Assembly: GCA_045633045.1 (NCBI GenBank)
Contig: JAZQXV010000010.1
Span: 14,592-78,591, forward strand
From: Alistipes sp.
GTDB lineage: Bacteria; Bacteroidota; Bacteroidia; Bacteroidales; Rikenellaceae
Length of the DNA: 64,000 bases
Reading direction: 5' to 3'
Shown: one piece after another, positions 45,985 through 56,634 of the stretch
Layout of the letters: every line of letters begins with the position of its first letter
How positions within the stretch are numbered: the stretch's first letter is position 1
Translations under genes and position numbers: made by a program
The notes under the pieces: generated by a model
Databases searched by the model: none
Seen by the model: the letters and a program-made list of their open reading frames with translations, nothing else
Told to the model about the DNA's origin: nothing

Positions 45985-48805
45985 AACGCTCGGGACGCAT
46001 CACAACCAAAGTACGGTTACCATCCTCAAGCATCTTCTTGGCCATAGCCTGAACATCCTCAAGTGTGATGCTCTCAAGAATACCGAGGTACTCCTCCTTA
46101 TAGTTGTAACCCTCCTCGTACCAACGCTCGATAGCGCTCATCCAACCGCTGTTATTCTCGAGAACGTTAGCGTAGTTCTTCTGGAGGAACTCCTTAGACT
46201 TCGCGATATCATCAGCAAGAGGACCGTTCTCCGCGATCTTAGCGATCTCAGCGTCGCAGATCTCGATAAGCTCGTCAGCAAGCTGCTCGTTAGTATCGAA
46301 TACGATTACTGCGATGTACTGCTCAACGGGGTACTCGTTGATGCCACCCTGAACATGAACACCATATGTACCACCCTTCTCCTCACGGATTGATACCATG
46401 TAGCGTGAGTCGAGTGCACGTGTGAGGAGGTCGAGAACGAGGCGGTTCTTTGCGTTATCCTCGATAGCACCAGAGAATGTGAGATATACAGATACCTTAG
46501 GCTGCTGCATAGCTACGCGGAAGTCATTAGTAACCTCACCTGTTGCAGTACGTACGCCATCGTCAACAACTGCGTACTCTACCTTCTTAGAAGTAGGAAG
46601 TGAACCGATATACTTCTCAACAAGTGGCTTCAAAGTGTTGAGGTCAACGTTACCAGCAATTACGAAGCGGAAGTCGTCAGCGTAAGAGAAGAGCTGGCCG
46701 TGTACACTAGCCAAAGTCTCGAGGCTGAGTGACTCGATCTGAGCAGCAGATGTTGCCTGACGGCGAACGTGATTCTGGTAGAGAGTCTCCTGGAATGCCT
46801 TACCCATGAGGTAACCAGGATCAGCCTCCATGTTGCGGAAATAAGGAACGTACATGTTCTTCAAGTTCTGAAGATCAGTCTCGTCGAAGCGAGGAGCTGT
46901 GAAGTTGAGGTACATGAGCTGGAGGATAGTCTCCATATCCTTAGGTGAACCACCAGCGTTTACAGCGTGCTCGTATGCACCAACACCTACCGAAGCGTAT
47001 GCGCTCTTACCAGAGAGCTGCTTAGCGAGCTCAGTAGCAGAGAACTTGCTGATACCAGAGTGCTGCATAACCATTGGGAGGTAGTCACCGTGGAAGTACT
47101 CAGCGTCGTTCAACATAGACTTACCACCCTTTGCAGAAGCAGTGATGATAACCTCGTCAGCCTTCAATGTAGAGGGGCGAACAACAACCTTGATGCCGTT
47201 CTTCAAAGTCCACTCTGTGTAGCCGAGTGACTCGTTAGTAGCAGTAGCCTTAACCTTTGAACCCTTAAGCTTGAGCGATGGGTTGAGAAGTGGCTCGATA
47301 ACAGTGTTATCCTCGAAAGGTGCGATCTCTGAAGCCTCAACCTCAGCCTTGATAGCCAAGAGCTCAGCCTCAGTAGGAACTGCTACGCCCTCCTTCTTGG
47401 GTGAGCGAGCAAGGATTACGAGGTTCTTGTTAGGTGCTGCCATCTGTGCATAAGCCTCGTTTACCTGGTCAACAGTGAGGCTGTTAATGAACATCTGGTC
47501 GAGCTGCCACTCAGTCTCAGCATCCATCATAGGAGTGCCCTTAGCGTAGTTATCGAGGTAGCGCTGTGCATACTCAGCGTTCTTTACATCGTTGCGGTTA
47601 GTGTAACCACGCTCTGCCCAGCGGAGAATCTCCTGCTTAGCACGCTCGAACTCACCTGCTGTAAAGCCGTGACGACGCATACGCTCCATCTCTGTGTACA
47701 TAGCACGGAAAGCATCGTCGATGCGACCCTCGTGAGCTGTTGCAGAGAACATTGTTGACTCCATTGTGGGGCAGATACCCATACTACCCTCAGACATACC
47801 ACCACCGAGGAAAGGTGCATCAGCTGCCTGTGCGATCTCCTCGAAGCGCTCGTTCATCATGAGAGATACGAATGACTGAATGAGGTCGAAAGAGTAACCT
47901 ACAACAGTGTTGTTATACTCCTTAGGAAGAGCCTCACGACGTGCGAACATCATAACGCTTGACTGAGTCATCTCGGGATCTGTGAAGATAGATACGATAG
48001 GCTCCTCTGTTGCGGGAACATAGTGCATAACCTTCTGTGCAGCATCTGCGGGTGAAGCAGGGATGTCTGCCATGAGAGCAACGATCTTTGACTCTACCTG
48101 GTCAACGTCGATATCACCAACAATTACCAATGCCTGATACTCTGGACGATACCACTTCTTGTAGAAGTTAACCAATGCCTGCTGGTCGAAAGACTTCAAA
48201 CCATCGAGGTAACCAATGAGGTTGCGGTGCTCGTAGAGTGAACCCTTGAAGAGGTTACGAATCATGTCGTTCTGCGCACGGAGGCCAGCGCCATCACGTG
48301 TACGGAGCTCCTCCATGATAACGCCACGCTCAGAGTCGATCTCCTCGGGCTGCAAAGCGATGAACTGTGACCAGTCGTGGAGGATAAGAAGAGCCAAGTC
48401 AACGTTCTCCTCAGTAACAGGAAGATCCATCACCATGTACTGTGTGCAGTCCCATGAAGTGAAGGCGTTAAGGTTGTTACCGAACTGAACACCGATAGTC
48501 TCGAGCTTCTCGATAATCTGCTTGTCGGGAAGGTTCTTAGTACCGTTGAAAGCCATGTGCTCGAGGAAGTGAGCGAGACCCTGCTGGTCGTCATCCTCCT
48601 GGATAGCACCTACATCGTGGTAGATGTAGAAGCTTGCCTGACCCTTAGGCTTCTCGTTGTGGCGGATGTAGTAGGTCATGCCATTGTCGAGCTTACCTAC
48701 GCGCACTTCAGGATCGAGAGGCAACTGCATCTCTGCGGGATCCTGTGCACAGATAGTCGTAACACCAATAAAGAGGGCTACGAGTGCAAAAAACATCTTT
48801 TTCAT
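45983..48805 (-). CDS. M16 family zinc peptidase (PqqL-like), exported
   Basis: GLAHFLEHMAFNG inverted zinc motif, LNAFTS, signal peptide, IREEKGGTY. Confidence 0.9.
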   Translation of the reverse strand: MKKMFFALVALFIGVTTICAQDPAEMQLPLDPEVRVGKLDNGMTYYIRHNEKPKGQASFYIYHDVGAIQEDDDQQGLAHFLEHMAFNGTKNLPDKQIIEKLETIGVQFGNNLNAFTSWDCTQYMVMDLPVTEENVDLALLILHDWSQFIALQPEEIDSERGVIMEELRTRDGAGLRAQNDMIRNLFKGSLYEHRNLIGYLDGLKSFDQQALVNFYKKWYRPEYQALVIVGDIDVDQVESKIVALMADIPASPADAAQKVMHYVPATEEPIVSIFTDPEMTQSSVMMFARREALPKEYNNTVVGYSFDLIQSFVSLMMNERFEEIAQAADAPFLGGGMSEGSMGICPTMESTMFSATAHEGRIDDAFRAMYTEMERMRRHGFTAGEFERAKQEILRWAERGYTNRNDVKNAEYAQRYLDNYAKGTPMMDAETEWQLDQMFINSLTVDQVNEAYAQMAAPNKNLVILARSPKKEGVAVPTEAELLAIKAEVEASEIAPFEDNTVIEPLLNPSLKLKGSKVKATATNESLGYTEWTLKNGIKVVVRPSTLKADEVIITASAKGGKSMLNDAEYFHGDYLPMVMQHSGISKFSATELAKQLSGKSAYASVGVGAYEHAVNAGGSPKDMETILQLMYLNFTAPRFDETDLQNLKNMYVPYFRNMEADPGYLMGKAFQETLYQNHVRRQATSAAQIESLSLETLASVHGQLFSYADDFRFVIAGNVDLNTLKPLVEKYIGSLPTSKKVEYAVVDDGVRTATGEVTNDFRVAMQQPKVSVYLTFSGAIEDNAKNRLVLDLLTRALDSRYMVSIREEKGGTYGVHVQGGINEYPVEQYIAVIVFDTNEQLADELIEICDAEIAKIAENGPLADDIAKSKEFLQKNYANVLENNSGWMSAIERWYEEGYNYKEEYLGILESITLEDVQAMAKKMLEDGNRTLVVMRPER

Positions 48806-49079
48806 AGAAAAATTATTAAGTTAAGTTATGAATTTATCTCTGTCTCAACGCAATCATTATCCATACAACGGATAATAATCCACGCAAATATACTATTTTT
48901 TGCCTAAATAGATGCTTTATATCTATATTTTTTTCTTATTATATTATAGGTATTACCTATAAAGCGATGCACATATAACTAACGCACGCCGATAATATTT
49001 ATTGCACGCCCTATGATAAAACACTAAAGACCAAAGCATTACATAGGCCTTGGTCTTCGCGTGTTGCTCACATTGCGGG

Positions 49080-49661
49080 CTACTCCTCGCGCTTTAGGTC
49101 GCGTGTTGCGTTGATAATCTCGTTGGCAGTGCGTTGTGCCTTAACCAAGCTGTGGACTCCAAAGGCAAGACCGATAGCGAAACCCACAGCGCAGCCTATC
49201 AGAACTGGGAGATTATCTGCTTTTAAGATGTCGTAGGCCAGCAGACCACCCCACACCAAAACAAAGGGAATGGAGAAGTATAGCCACCTGATATTCATGC
49301 GCTTGTAGCGAACCATGGTCTCGGCAATCTCTACGATGGAGTAGCGTGAGAAGTGCTCATCGCGCAGACCCTTGCAGGTTTGCCACTCGGCGATGGCGGC
49401 TATGATAAGGAACACGGCAGCCGCATAGCCGTAAATGGGATTAAAACCGAGGAAACTCATTACCCAGATTTCGTAGGGAGCAAAGAGTAGGGCTATCACG
49501 ATAAAGAAGATGCTGCGGCGCAAGAGTTTATTTGCCTTCTCGGACATCGTTCTTCGCATCATGCGCTCGGTAATCATACGCTCCGAATTGAGCATATCCT
49601 TAAGCTTCGCAAGCTGATCGCGCATATCATTAAGTAGCTGATTATCTTTATATTCATTCAT
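49080..49661 (-). CDS. Membrane protein, probable anti-sigma factor
   Basis: Four hydrophobic segments, directly downstream of the ECF sigma; start reassigned to MNEYKD. Confidence 0.6.
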   Translation of the reverse strand: MNEYKDNQLLNDMRDQLAKLKDMLNSERMITERMMRRTMSEKANKLLRRSIFFIVIALLFAPYEIWVMSFLGFNPIYGYAAAVFLIIAAIAEWQTCKGLRDEHFSRYSIVEIAETMVRYKRMNIRWLYFSIPFVLVWGGLLAYDILKADNLPVLIGCAVGFAIGLAFGVHSLVKAQRTANEIINATRDLKREE

Positions 49662-49672
49662 AATATACCAAG

Positions 49673-50152
49673 TTATTCGTTCGACATATTTTTGAGTTGC
49701 TCCTTTATGCGGTAGAGCTTCACCGAGACATTCTTCACCGATATGCCCACTATGGCGGCAATCTCCTCGTAGCTCATATTCTCGAGCCACAGCATAACAA
49801 TCGCGCGGTCGAAGGGCTGAAGGCGGTGGATGCGTTTGTGGAGCATCTGCATCTGACGGCTATCACTATCCTCTGCGGTGTAGAGGTCGCGGCTCATATC
49901 GAGTTTCAGCTTCGACGAGCGATGCTTGCTGCGCTCCAACGATATGCAGGTATTGAGGCTTATGCGCCAAATCCATGTATTTATGTTGCTGCGGTGCTCG
50001 AAGCCCTCGAAGCCGTGCCATAGCTTAATGAGCACCTCTTGGAAGAGGTCGTCGGCCTCGTCGCTACACTTGGCAAACATGAAGCACACGGAGTAGATTG
50101 TGCTGCGATGCTCGCGAACGATATTAGTAAATTCTCTCTCCTTCTCTGTCAT
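49673..50152 (-). CDS. ECF-type sigma-70 factor
   Basis: DDLFQEVLIKLW, TWIWRISLNT, LENMSYEEIAAIVGISVKNVSVKLYRIK. Confidence 0.92.
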   Translation of the reverse strand: MTEKEREFTNIVREHRSTIYSVCFMFAKCSDEADDLFQEVLIKLWHGFEGFEHRSNINTWIWRISLNTCISLERSKHRSSKLKLDMSRDLYTAEDSDSRQMQMLHKRIHRLQPFDRAIVMLWLENMSYEEIAAIVGISVKNVSVKLYRIKEQLKNMSNE

Positions 50153-50200
50153 AGTCTCTCTCTTAAGTTTAATAGGCCATTGTTTCAATCGTTTTACTCA

Positions 50201-50230
50201 TTAGACGCACAACACCCATTGTTTACTACA
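50201..50230 (-). promoter_or_regulatory. Putative autoregulatory ECF promoter
   Basis: TGTAGT-17 nt-CGTCTAA upstream of the ECF gene. Confidence 0.45.
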
Positions 50231-50363
50231 AAAATATGCAAATTATTTTTTGCTGCCATCTCTTTCAGAGGTTGAAGTGTGGTCTATTGGCCGAATTTCG
50301 CCATTCGGAGTTTTGCGTTTTAGGGGAATAATTCCTATCTTTGCATATAAATAAGATAAGGCT

Positions 50364-51089
50364 ATGGCAGAGATTACGACATACAAATATCGTGTAGAGC
50401 CTCAGGATGTGGACTTTACGCTACGCGCCTCGGCAAGCGCCATCATCAACTATATGCTCAATGTAGCGGGAAGCGATGCCCACAACAAGGGCTTCGGCGT
50501 GGAGGTGCTGCAGGATAGCTCCCTCACATGGGTGCTTATGCGCTTTGCGGTGGAGATTGAGAGCCGCCCCGAGCAGTATGCCGACATTGAGATTGACACA
50601 TGGATTAGCGACTTCAACCGCCTCGCTTCGACGCGCAACTTCCGTATGCGCGTAGGCGACAAGGTTATAGCATCGGGCGTGTCGCAGTGGTGTGTGCTTA
50701 ACATGGAGACACGCCAGGCGGCAGATATGTCGATGATGAAGGAGGCGCACGACAGATTTATCGTAGCGGAGGCTTCGCCCATCGCAGCCCCTGCACGCCT
50801 ACGCCCCGTGGAGGCCGCAGCAACAGTATCTCGCCCCGTAGTATATAGCGACATCGACTTCAACCGCCATGTCAACACCTTGCGCTACATCGACATGATC
50901 TTTGACACACTGCCCCTCGAGACCATCGAAGAGCGAGAGTCACTGCGTCTCGACATCAACTTCTTGGCCGAGGCACGCTATGGCGAGGTTGTATCGGTAG
51001 GCTACCTCGACGCAGAGAACGCACGCCAGTTTGAGATAACATCCGACGCAGAGAAGGTGTTGTGCCGCGCAAAGATTGAGTTCAAATAG
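50364..51089 (+). CDS. Acyl-ACP thioesterase
   Basis: Double hot-dog pattern; TWVLMR, YSDIDFNRHVNT.RY. Confidence 0.88.
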   Translation: MAEITTYKYRVEPQDVDFTLRASASAIINYMLNVAGSDAHNKGFGVEVLQDSSLTWVLMRFAVEIESRPEQYADIEIDTWISDFNRLASTRNFRMRVGDKVIASGVSQWCVLNMETRQAADMSMMKEAHDRFIVAEASPIAAPARLRPVEAAATVSRPVVYSDIDFNRHVNTLRYIDMIFDTLPLETIEERESLRLDINFLAEARYGEVVSVGYLDAENARQFEITSDAEKVLCRAKIEFK

Positions 51090-51097
51090 CCAACAAC

Positions 51098-52240
51098 ATG
51101 ACACACAAGAGGTTGAAGATAGCCATCGTAGGTCCTGCGCACCCCTATCGCGGAGGCTTGGCATCCATCATGGAGACCATGGCGCGCGAGTATCAGTCGC
51201 GCGGCTACGAGGTGCATATCCTCACCTTTACGCTACAATACCCCTCGTTACTCTTCCCGGGTAAGAGCCAGACGGTAGATACCCCGCCACCCGCCGACCT
51301 CGATATTCGTCGTAGGGTGTCGACGATAAACCCCTTCTCGTGGTGGAGCGTGGGTCGTGAGTTGTGCAAAATGCGCCCCGACATCGTGCTTATGAAGTAT
51401 TGGACACCCTTTATGGCGCCCTGCTTCGGCACTATCGCACGCCTTGCACGCAAAAATAAGCATACAAAGGTTATCTGCCAGATTGACAACGTCGAACCCC
51501 ACGAACACCACATCACCGACCGACTATTCAACCGCTACTACCTACGTTCAGTGGATGGATTTATCTATATGTCGGAGCAGGTACACGAGGAGCTAAAGAC
51601 CTATACCTCAGCACCTATGCGCTTCTCGCCACACCCCATGTTTGAGCACTTTGGCACGCGCGTGGAGCGCAATGAGGCGTGCGCAAAGTTGGGTCTCGAC
51701 CCCACAGAGAGGTACGCCATGTTCTTCGGCTTGATACGCGACTACAAGGGTTTGGACACGCTGCTCTATGCGTGGAGCGAGTTTAGGCGCAAGGGTATAA
51801 AGTTGCTTATCGCAGGAGAGTTTTACGCCTCGCGAGAGAAATATATCACTCATATAGAGCGTCTTGGATTAAAGGGTGAGGTTATTTTACACGACTTCTT
51901 CGTACCAGATAGTGATGTGCGCTACTACTTTTCGGCTGCCGACTGCGTGGTGTTACCATACAAGACCGCGACGCAGAGTGGCGTGACACAGATATGCTAC
52001 AACTTCTGCACCCCCGTAATTGTCACACGCGTGGGTGGCCTTGCGGAGATTGTCCACGATGGCGTAGTGGGATATGTATGCGACCCAACGGCCGCGGGTG
52101 TGCGCGATGCCTTGGAGCGCATCTTCGAGGGCGATAGAATAGCCGAGTTTGCGCACAATATGATTGAGGAGCGCAAGCGCTTCTCGTGGAGTACTATGTG
52201 TGATGAGATTGAGGCTGTCTATCGCTCGTTAGTCGAGTAG
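51098..52240 (+). CDS. Glycosyltransferase, family 4
   Basis: GPAHPYRGG, FFGLIRDYKGLD, LPYKTATQSGV. Confidence 0.88.
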   Translation: MTHKRLKIAIVGPAHPYRGGLASIMETMAREYQSRGYEVHILTFTLQYPSLLFPGKSQTVDTPPPADLDIRRRVSTINPFSWWSVGRELCKMRPDIVLMKYWTPFMAPCFGTIARLARKNKHTKVICQIDNVEPHEHHITDRLFNRYYLRSVDGFIYMSEQVHEELKTYTSAPMRFSPHPMFEHFGTRVERNEACAKLGLDPTERYAMFFGLIRDYKGLDTLLYAWSEFRRKGIKLLIAGEFYASREKYITHIERLGLKGEVILHDFFVPDSDVRYYFSAADCVVLPYKTATQSGVTQICYNFCTPVIVTRVGGLAEIVHDGVVGYVCDPTAAGVRDALERIFEGDRIAEFAHNMIEERKRFSWSTMCDEIEAVYRSLVE

Positions 52241-53203
52241 GAAGCGCATCGTATCTACCCCATCGGCATAGTCCATAAGCGCGGGATACTGCGCACGACC
52301 CAAGGACTGCGAGCCCTCAATTCCCAAGTTAGATACTATACACTGAATATGCTCGGCATTGCTATTTAGCCATACCTTAACATCCTCTATATCTGTATAT
52401 TCACGGAGCGTAACTACGGCCAACGACTGCGCAAAATCCTCGCCTCGGCGCATGATAAAAGCACCAGCATCCCAGAACTCTGCACCCTCAATCGTAAGCG
52501 TAGCACGCATAGCTTGAATGTTGTGTCTAAGCTTTGTATTCTCCGCCATGCCACGCTCAAAAGCTGGAACGTAACCCTGTGGCACAAAGAGCATCGACAC
52601 CGAGCGGCATCCGAGACCAGAGTAAGCAGTGATGTCGTTATACAAGAGGTTCAACTCCTCGGCACTCTCCTCGCCATTTAGCACGGCAACTGAGTGGCGG
52701 CTACCGCGCAAGAGGGTGCGTGTATAGGCAAAGTGCTCACGGAAGTAGGCATTGGCATCATCACCTCCTGTGGCGATAACCATGTCGTATGTAGCATCTG
52801 CCGAGTAGTCGTAAATAGCGATATTGGGAGCTATATCTCGCAGCTGGTCAACAATATAGCGCATCAAAACACTATCCTTGCTCGAGGGCTTAAGGTGGCA
52901 CTCGTGACCCGCAGCAAGCACACAGAGCAAATCGAAGAATCCAACCAAGGGAATATTACCCGCCATAATCACTGCAACACACTTAGGATCAATGGCTTTT
53001 GTATAGTTATCAAGCCATTTCGCAAGCCTATCACAGTCGAGCATCTCAGAGCGAATAGCCTCCACTGCACGCAGAATGTCCACGCGCGTAAACCAGCCAT
53101 TAGCAGCGATAGCCTCATCGATAATGCGATTGCTCGCATCGTCGCTACCAAAGCATGCAAGTCGCTCACCAAGTGTGGTAAATATGTCAACAATATGCTT
53201 CAC
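52229..53203 (-). CDS. Acyl-CoA reductase (LuxC-like)
   Basis: IMAGNIPLVGFFD, ATGG, YSGLGCRSVS, YADGVDTMRFL. Confidence 0.82.
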   Translation of the reverse strand: MKHIVDIFTTLGERLACFGSDDASNRIIDEAIAANGWFTRVDILRAVEAIRSEMLDCDRLAKWLDNYTKAIDPKCVAVIMAGNIPLVGFFDLLCVLAAGHECHLKPSSKDSVLMRYIVDQLRDIAPNIAIYDYSADATYDMVIATGGDDANAYFREHFAYTRTLLRGSRHSVAVLNGEESAEELNLLYNDITAYSGLGCRSVSMLFVPQGYVPAFERGMAENTKLRHNIQAMRATLTIEGAEFWDAGAFIMRRGEDFAQSLAVVTLREYTDIEDVKVWLNSNAEHIQCIVSNLGIEGSQSLGRAQYPALMDYADGVDTMRFLLD

Positions 53204-53205
53204 AA

Positions 53206-53700
53206 TTACAATATTTTAAGTGCTATAGCTGCGCACGCCTCGGCATCTGCAAGGGCATGGTGGTGCGACGAGAGTTCATATCCACACGCCATAGCCACGG
53301 TAGGCAGTCGGTGGTTGGGTAACTCACGGCCAAAGACCTTGCGCGCAGTGCTGCACGTGCAGTGAAACGTATATTCTGGGTATGGCATGTTGTATGCCTC
53401 GTGCACAGCCCTCAAGCAGCGCTGCTCGAAGGGGGCATTATGCGCCACAAAGGGGAGACCCGCAAACATAGGCTGCAACTCGCGCCACACCATGGGGAAG
53501 CCCACCTGAAAATCGGTATCGCGGCGTGTCATGCCATGCACACGTGTGTTATGGAACGAATAGTAGTTGGGTACGGGACGTACAAGGCGGTGTACACGAT
53601 GTTGCACCTTACCTTCGCGCACAACAACGATACCCACAGAGCAGATGCTCGATGGGTCGCTATTGGCAGTCTCGAAGTCTATGGCAACAAAATCCCTCAT
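53206..53700 (-). CDS. DEDDh 3'-5' exonuclease (DnaQ-like)
   Basis: AIDFETAN, VAHNAPFE, HHALADAEAC. Confidence 0.9.
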   Translation of the reverse strand: MRDFVAIDFETANSDPSSICSVGIVVVREGKVQHRVHRLVRPVPNYYSFHNTRVHGMTRRDTDFQVGFPMVWRELQPMFAGLPFVAHNAPFEQRCLRAVHEAYNMPYPEYTFHCTCSTARKVFGRELPNHRLPTVAMACGYELSSHHHALADAEACAAIALKIL

Positions 53701-53701
53701 G

Positions 53702-54664
53702 CTACATCGCCTCGAAGTATGCTATGGCATTCTCGATTTGCGCAACCGAGGTACCATCTTTGATTATGACACGCTTCTCGCCATCAAGGAGATAGAGCGA
53801 GGGGATGGCCTGTAAGTTGTAGCTTCGCGCCTCGGTGATACGCATACCAGCATCGTAGCCGTTTATCCAACTTTGAGGGATGTCCGAGATATGGTCGCGC
53901 CACGCCACGAGATCCTCATCGGGATATATCGCCAAGACCTCTATAAGACCATTCTCCATCATCTCGTTTATAAGGGGCGAGGAGCCTATCTCCTCGATAA
54001 TCTCGCGACACATGGGGCAGCCGGGGTTCGAGAACATTACGATAACATAGTCTGAATCAATACTATGCAACCTACCTGTTTTTCCACTTGCTAACGTATA
54101 TACGATGTCGTTTGCTACATTACCGATGCGGTTTTGGCGTGCAAGCTCAAGGTCGTAGAGTGGCACAATGCGGTCGTACTCATCGTAGAGTGGCGACTCC
54201 ACCAACACCTCGAGGACGGGGATGTAGAGCTCATCGTTACGCATTGGCGAGTTGGGATCGTGAAGCACACCCTCGGTGACGTATGCGAAGAAGTCGAGCA
54301 CGTGGCGGCTCTCCTCAGCACGGTGCATAAGGGCTCTTAACAGCGAGTCGCGCTGCATAGGCTCCATGCCCACGTCGATGTATGCAGCATAGTCGGCAAA
54401 TGCCTGCATGACGCTCACAGTGTCGTACTCTATAACTCGTTCGCCACACTCGAAGTCAAAGCCATCCCAGTAGCGACGTATAGCCTCGTCAAACTCCTCC
54501 TTCGAGGTGATGCTATATACGTCAAAGTCTATGTCTAACTGGCGTGTGCCGGGCTCATAGCGCACCTCGTGAGTGTCATTGGTTTCACTCTTCTTAGTCT
54601 TGGTATCGCCACACGCCACCAACAACGCTGCCACCAATATAAGTATGTAATATGTCTGCTTCAT
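53702..54664 (-). CDS. DUF5106 lipoprotein with C-terminal thioredoxin-like CxxC domain
   Basis: LVAC lipobox, YWD.FDF, LHDPNSPMRNDELYIP, NPGCPMC, AIPSLYLLD. Confidence 0.8.
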   Translation of the reverse strand: MKQTYYILILVAALLVACGDTKTKKSETNDTHEVRYEPGTRQLDIDFDVYSITSKEEFDEAIRRYWDGFDFECGERVIEYDTVSVMQAFADYAAYIDVGMEPMQRDSLLRALMHRAEESRHVLDFFAYVTEGVLHDPNSPMRNDELYIPVLEVLVESPLYDEYDRIVPLYDLELARQNRIGNVANDIVYTLASGKTGRLHSIDSDYVIVMFSNPGCPMCREIIEEIGSSPLINEMMENGLIEVLAIYPDEDLVAWRDHISDIPQSWINGYDAGMRITEARSYNLQAIPSLYLLDGEKRVIIKDGTSVAQIENAIAYFEAM

Positions 54665-54749
54665 GGTCTTAAAAATAAGGGGGTTATCCAATACGTATTG
54701 GACACCCCCGTATATTGTATTAACCCAATTTGTCGTGAATCACAACAAA

Positions 54750-56528
54750 CTACATTCTCTCAGGAACATTAATACCAAGCAAAGACATCGCTGAGCGGAT
54801 AACGCGTGCCACCTCCGCTGCGAGCTTTAGGCGCAATGAACGTACAGCCTCGTTCTCCTCCTTGAGGATTGAGTGGTCGTGGTAGTAGCCATTGAACTGC
54901 TTAGCAAGGTCGTAGGCGTATGCTGCGATAACCGAGGGTGCGAACTGCTCGCCCGCTGTGCGTACAACTGCGGGGTACTCAGCCAACGCCTTAACGAGCT
55001 CAACCTCCTCAGGAAGGAGTGTAGCGTTAACATATGTGCTTGCATCGATGCCCGCCTCCTCTGCCTTACGCAAGATAGAGCGGATACGTGCGTGAGTGTA
55101 CTGGATGAATGGGCCGGTGTTGCCGTTGAAGTCGATAGACTCGCGGGGGTCGAAGAGCATGGTCTTCTTGGGGTCAACCTTGAGGATAAAGTACTTCAAG
55201 GCGCCGAGGCCTACCATCTCGCAGATTGCCGCAGCCTCCTCCTCAGAGCAGCCATCGAGCTTACCGAGCTCGTCAGACATCTCGCGTGCTGTGCCAATCA
55301 TGTCGGCGATGAGGTCGTCAGCATCCACTACGGTACCCTCGCGTGACTTCATCTTACCCTCGGGCAACTCAACCATGCCGTAAGAGAGGTGGAAGATGTT
55401 GTCGCTCCACTCGTATCCGAGCTTCTTCAACACAAGTTTGAGCACCTGGAAGTGGTAGTTCTGCTCGTTACCAACAACATAGATCATATCATCGAGGCTG
55501 TTCTCCTCGAAGCGGCTGAGCGCAGTACCGAGGTCCTGAGTCATATATACCGATGTGCCGTCGCCACGGAGCAAGAGCTTCTGGTCGAGACCATCTGCCT
55601 CGAGGTCGATCCATACGGAGTTATCCTCCTTGCGGAAGAATACGCCCTTCTTCAAACCATCCTCAACGAGGCTCTTACCCAAGAGGTATGTCTGCGACTC
55701 GTAATATACCTTATCGAAGTCAACGCCCATAGCCTTATATGTCACATCGAAGCCCTCATATACCCAGCCATTCATAGTCTCCCACAAAGCGTAAACCTCG
55801 GGATCCTTAGCCTCCCACTTACGCAACATCTCCTGTGCCTGGAGCATGATGGGTGCCTGCTTCTTTGCCTCATCCTCAGAGATACCCTTCTCTGCCATGA
55901 GCTCCTTAACCTGTGCTTTGTAGTGCTTGTCGAACTCTACATAGTACTTACCCACGAGGTGGTCGCCCTTCATACCTGATGATGCGGGGGTCTCGCCACC
56001 GCCATAGAGCTGCCATGCGAGCATAGACTTACAGATGTGGATACCGCGGTCGTTAACGAGGTTTACCTTGATTACGTTGTGGCCATTAGCCTTGAGAATT
56101 GTGGCAACAGAGTAACCAAGCAAGTTGTTACGCACATGACCGAGGTGGAGGGGCTTATTGGTGTTGGGCGATGAGTACTCGATCATGATTGTGCGACCCG
56201 ATGCGGGTGCCATGCCGAAGTTCTCAGTCTCAACAATCTCCTGGAAGCGCGCAGCCCAGAATGATGCGTCGATAGCGAGGTTAAGGAAGCCCTTAATCAC
56301 GTTGAACGACTTAATCTCGGGTGTCGAAGCAACAATCTTCTCGCCCAACTCTGTGGCTGTAGCCTCGGGAGACTTGCGCGACGCCTTGAGCAAGGGGAAT
56401 ACCACCACGGTGTAGTCGCCCTCAAACTCCTTGCGTGTCTTCTGTATCTGAATGTTGTCGCTAACGCCATACAACTCCTCTGTTGCACGCTTCACGACGC
56501 TCAAAATAAACTCTTCTGCATTTATCAT
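54750..56528 (-). CDS. argS: Arginine--tRNA ligase
   Basis: EYSSPNTNKPLHLGH (HIGH-type), GKMKSREG, GNTGPFIQYTHARI. Confidence 0.96.
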   Translation of the reverse strand: MINAEEFILSVVKRATEELYGVSDNIQIQKTRKEFEGDYTVVVFPLLKASRKSPEATATELGEKIVASTPEIKSFNVIKGFLNLAIDASFWAARFQEIVETENFGMAPASGRTIMIEYSSPNTNKPLHLGHVRNNLLGYSVATILKANGHNVIKVNLVNDRGIHICKSMLAWQLYGGGETPASSGMKGDHLVGKYYVEFDKHYKAQVKELMAEKGISEDEAKKQAPIMLQAQEMLRKWEAKDPEVYALWETMNGWVYEGFDVTYKAMGVDFDKVYYESQTYLLGKSLVEDGLKKGVFFRKEDNSVWIDLEADGLDQKLLLRGDGTSVYMTQDLGTALSRFEENSLDDMIYVVGNEQNYHFQVLKLVLKKLGYEWSDNIFHLSYGMVELPEGKMKSREGTVVDADDLIADMIGTAREMSDELGKLDGCSEEEAAAICEMVGLGALKYFILKVDPKKTMLFDPRESIDFNGNTGPFIQYTHARIRSILRKAEEAGIDASTYVNATLLPEEVELVKALAEYPAVVRTAGEQFAPSVIAAYAYDLAKQFNGYYHDHSILKEENEAVRSLRLKLAAEVARVIRSAMSLLGINVPERM

Positions 56529-56634
56529 AGTTACCTATATTTATAATCGTAGGTGCAAAGGTACGTTTTCTTTGCGAAATAATCGTTACTTACACCAAAA
56601 AATTGTTACCTTTGTCCTATAAATATTGCATCTT

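Noticed and set aside
45983-48805. M16 peptidase as the pilin-maturing protease
   Set aside because: Not linked to either cluster, a common housekeeping-type gene, and known type V processing uses Arg/Lys cysteine proteases.
50364-53203. Thioesterase, GT4 and acyl-CoA reductase as a glycolipid biosynthesis cluster
   Set aside because: The genes are in convergent units and are common Bacteroidales genes; there is no evidence of a shared pathway.
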